Positions 63,410 through 64,000 of a stretch of DNA of 64,000 nucleotides are shown in pieces. The translations under genes and the position numbers were made by a program. Source of the stretch: Octopus bimaculoides (Eukaryota); contig NC_068993.1 in the NCBI RefSeq assembly GCF_001194135.2, forward strand, positions 28,923,536-28,987,535. Reading direction: 5' to 3'. Position 1 is the first letter of the stretch; the number at the start of each line of letters is the position of its first letter. Below the pieces are notes generated by a model. That model was not told where the DNA came from. It saw nothing but the letters and a program-made list of their open reading frames with translations, and did not search any database.

Positions 63410-63690
63410 TACGGAGATGTATTTGTGTAACAAGTGACTTGATCTGAGGTTGTGAGCTGAAACAAAAACAATTGCAGCATGGAAGATGTTTGTAAGCCAT
63501 TTAAGAACACACGAAAACTGTTACTTTCACTTCTACATTTAAATTTAATTTTTGTCAAAATATTTTCATTGCTTGAAAACTGCAATCTGTTCACTGACAA
63601 AACTTAAATTTAAATGTTGAAGTGAAACTAACGGTTTTTGTGTGTTCTTAAATGGCCTACAAACATCTTCCATACTGCAATTGTGTGTGT
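63410..63690 (-). mobile_element. Fold-back repeat (90-bp arms) attached to (TA)n, carrying a hammerhead-like apex
   Basis: Arms 63468-63557 and 63595-63684 are reverse complements with few mismatches. Confidence 0.8.
63551..63602 (-). ncRNA. Variant type I hammerhead (G3:C8 core)
   Basis: uuuuguca-GUGAACA-g-auugc(9 nt)gcaau-GAAA-auau-UU-ugacaaa. Confidence 0.6.
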
Positions 63691-63698
63691 ACCAATGT

Positions 63699-64000
63699 GC
63701 CAGAAGGGAGGCTAGGCGACAGGTTTATTTAGCCAGAGGGGAAGCAGATAAGGAAAGATTTGCCAATGTTCTGCGCCGTGAGGACCAAAGACTCGAGGTA
63801 TTTCGTGTTGCAAGACAGTGTAGGAGAGAGAATAGTGATGTTGTAGGAGAGAAATGTGTTCGCATGGATGATGGTACGCTTGCATTAAATGAGGATGCAA
63901 AGAAAGAGGTCTGGAGATGCCACTACGATAGATTGCTTAATAAAGAGAATGAATGGGAGAAAGAGAGCCTGCCGTATGTCGACCCAATAGAGGGACCAGC
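63699..64000 (+). mobile_element. Young RTE LINE ORF2 fragment, continuing past the window end
   Basis: 100 stop-free codons ARREARRQVYLAR...EKESLPYVDPIEGP, closely similar to 46200-46360. Confidence 0.92.

Overview
Eukaryotic, AT-rich, repeat-dominated genomic window from a gapped draft assembly with many N runs. The SINE families, (GAT)n-tailed RTE LINEs and dense microsatellites suggest an octopus genome (inference). Almost all recognisable coding sequence is decayed transposon. It includes about 15 RTE LINE pieces, three Tx1/L1-clade LINEs, three Penelope-like elements (two Naiad-type), mariner, maT-like, Tc1, Tigger and piggyBac remnants, a hAT MITE, Helitron/HINE-like repeats and many tRNA-derived SINEs. 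No rRNA, true tRNA or CRISPR array was seen. The most notable signal is a set of Penelope-type minimal type I hammerhead ribozyme motifs from several unrelated repeat families. One has a compensatory G3:C8 core (GUGAACA) at the apex of a 90-bp hairpin. A possible chain of small host-gene exons lies at 48.3-49.1 kb and a weaker one at 20.4-21.9 kb. All structures and alignments were read by eye; boundaries without a TSD are approximate.
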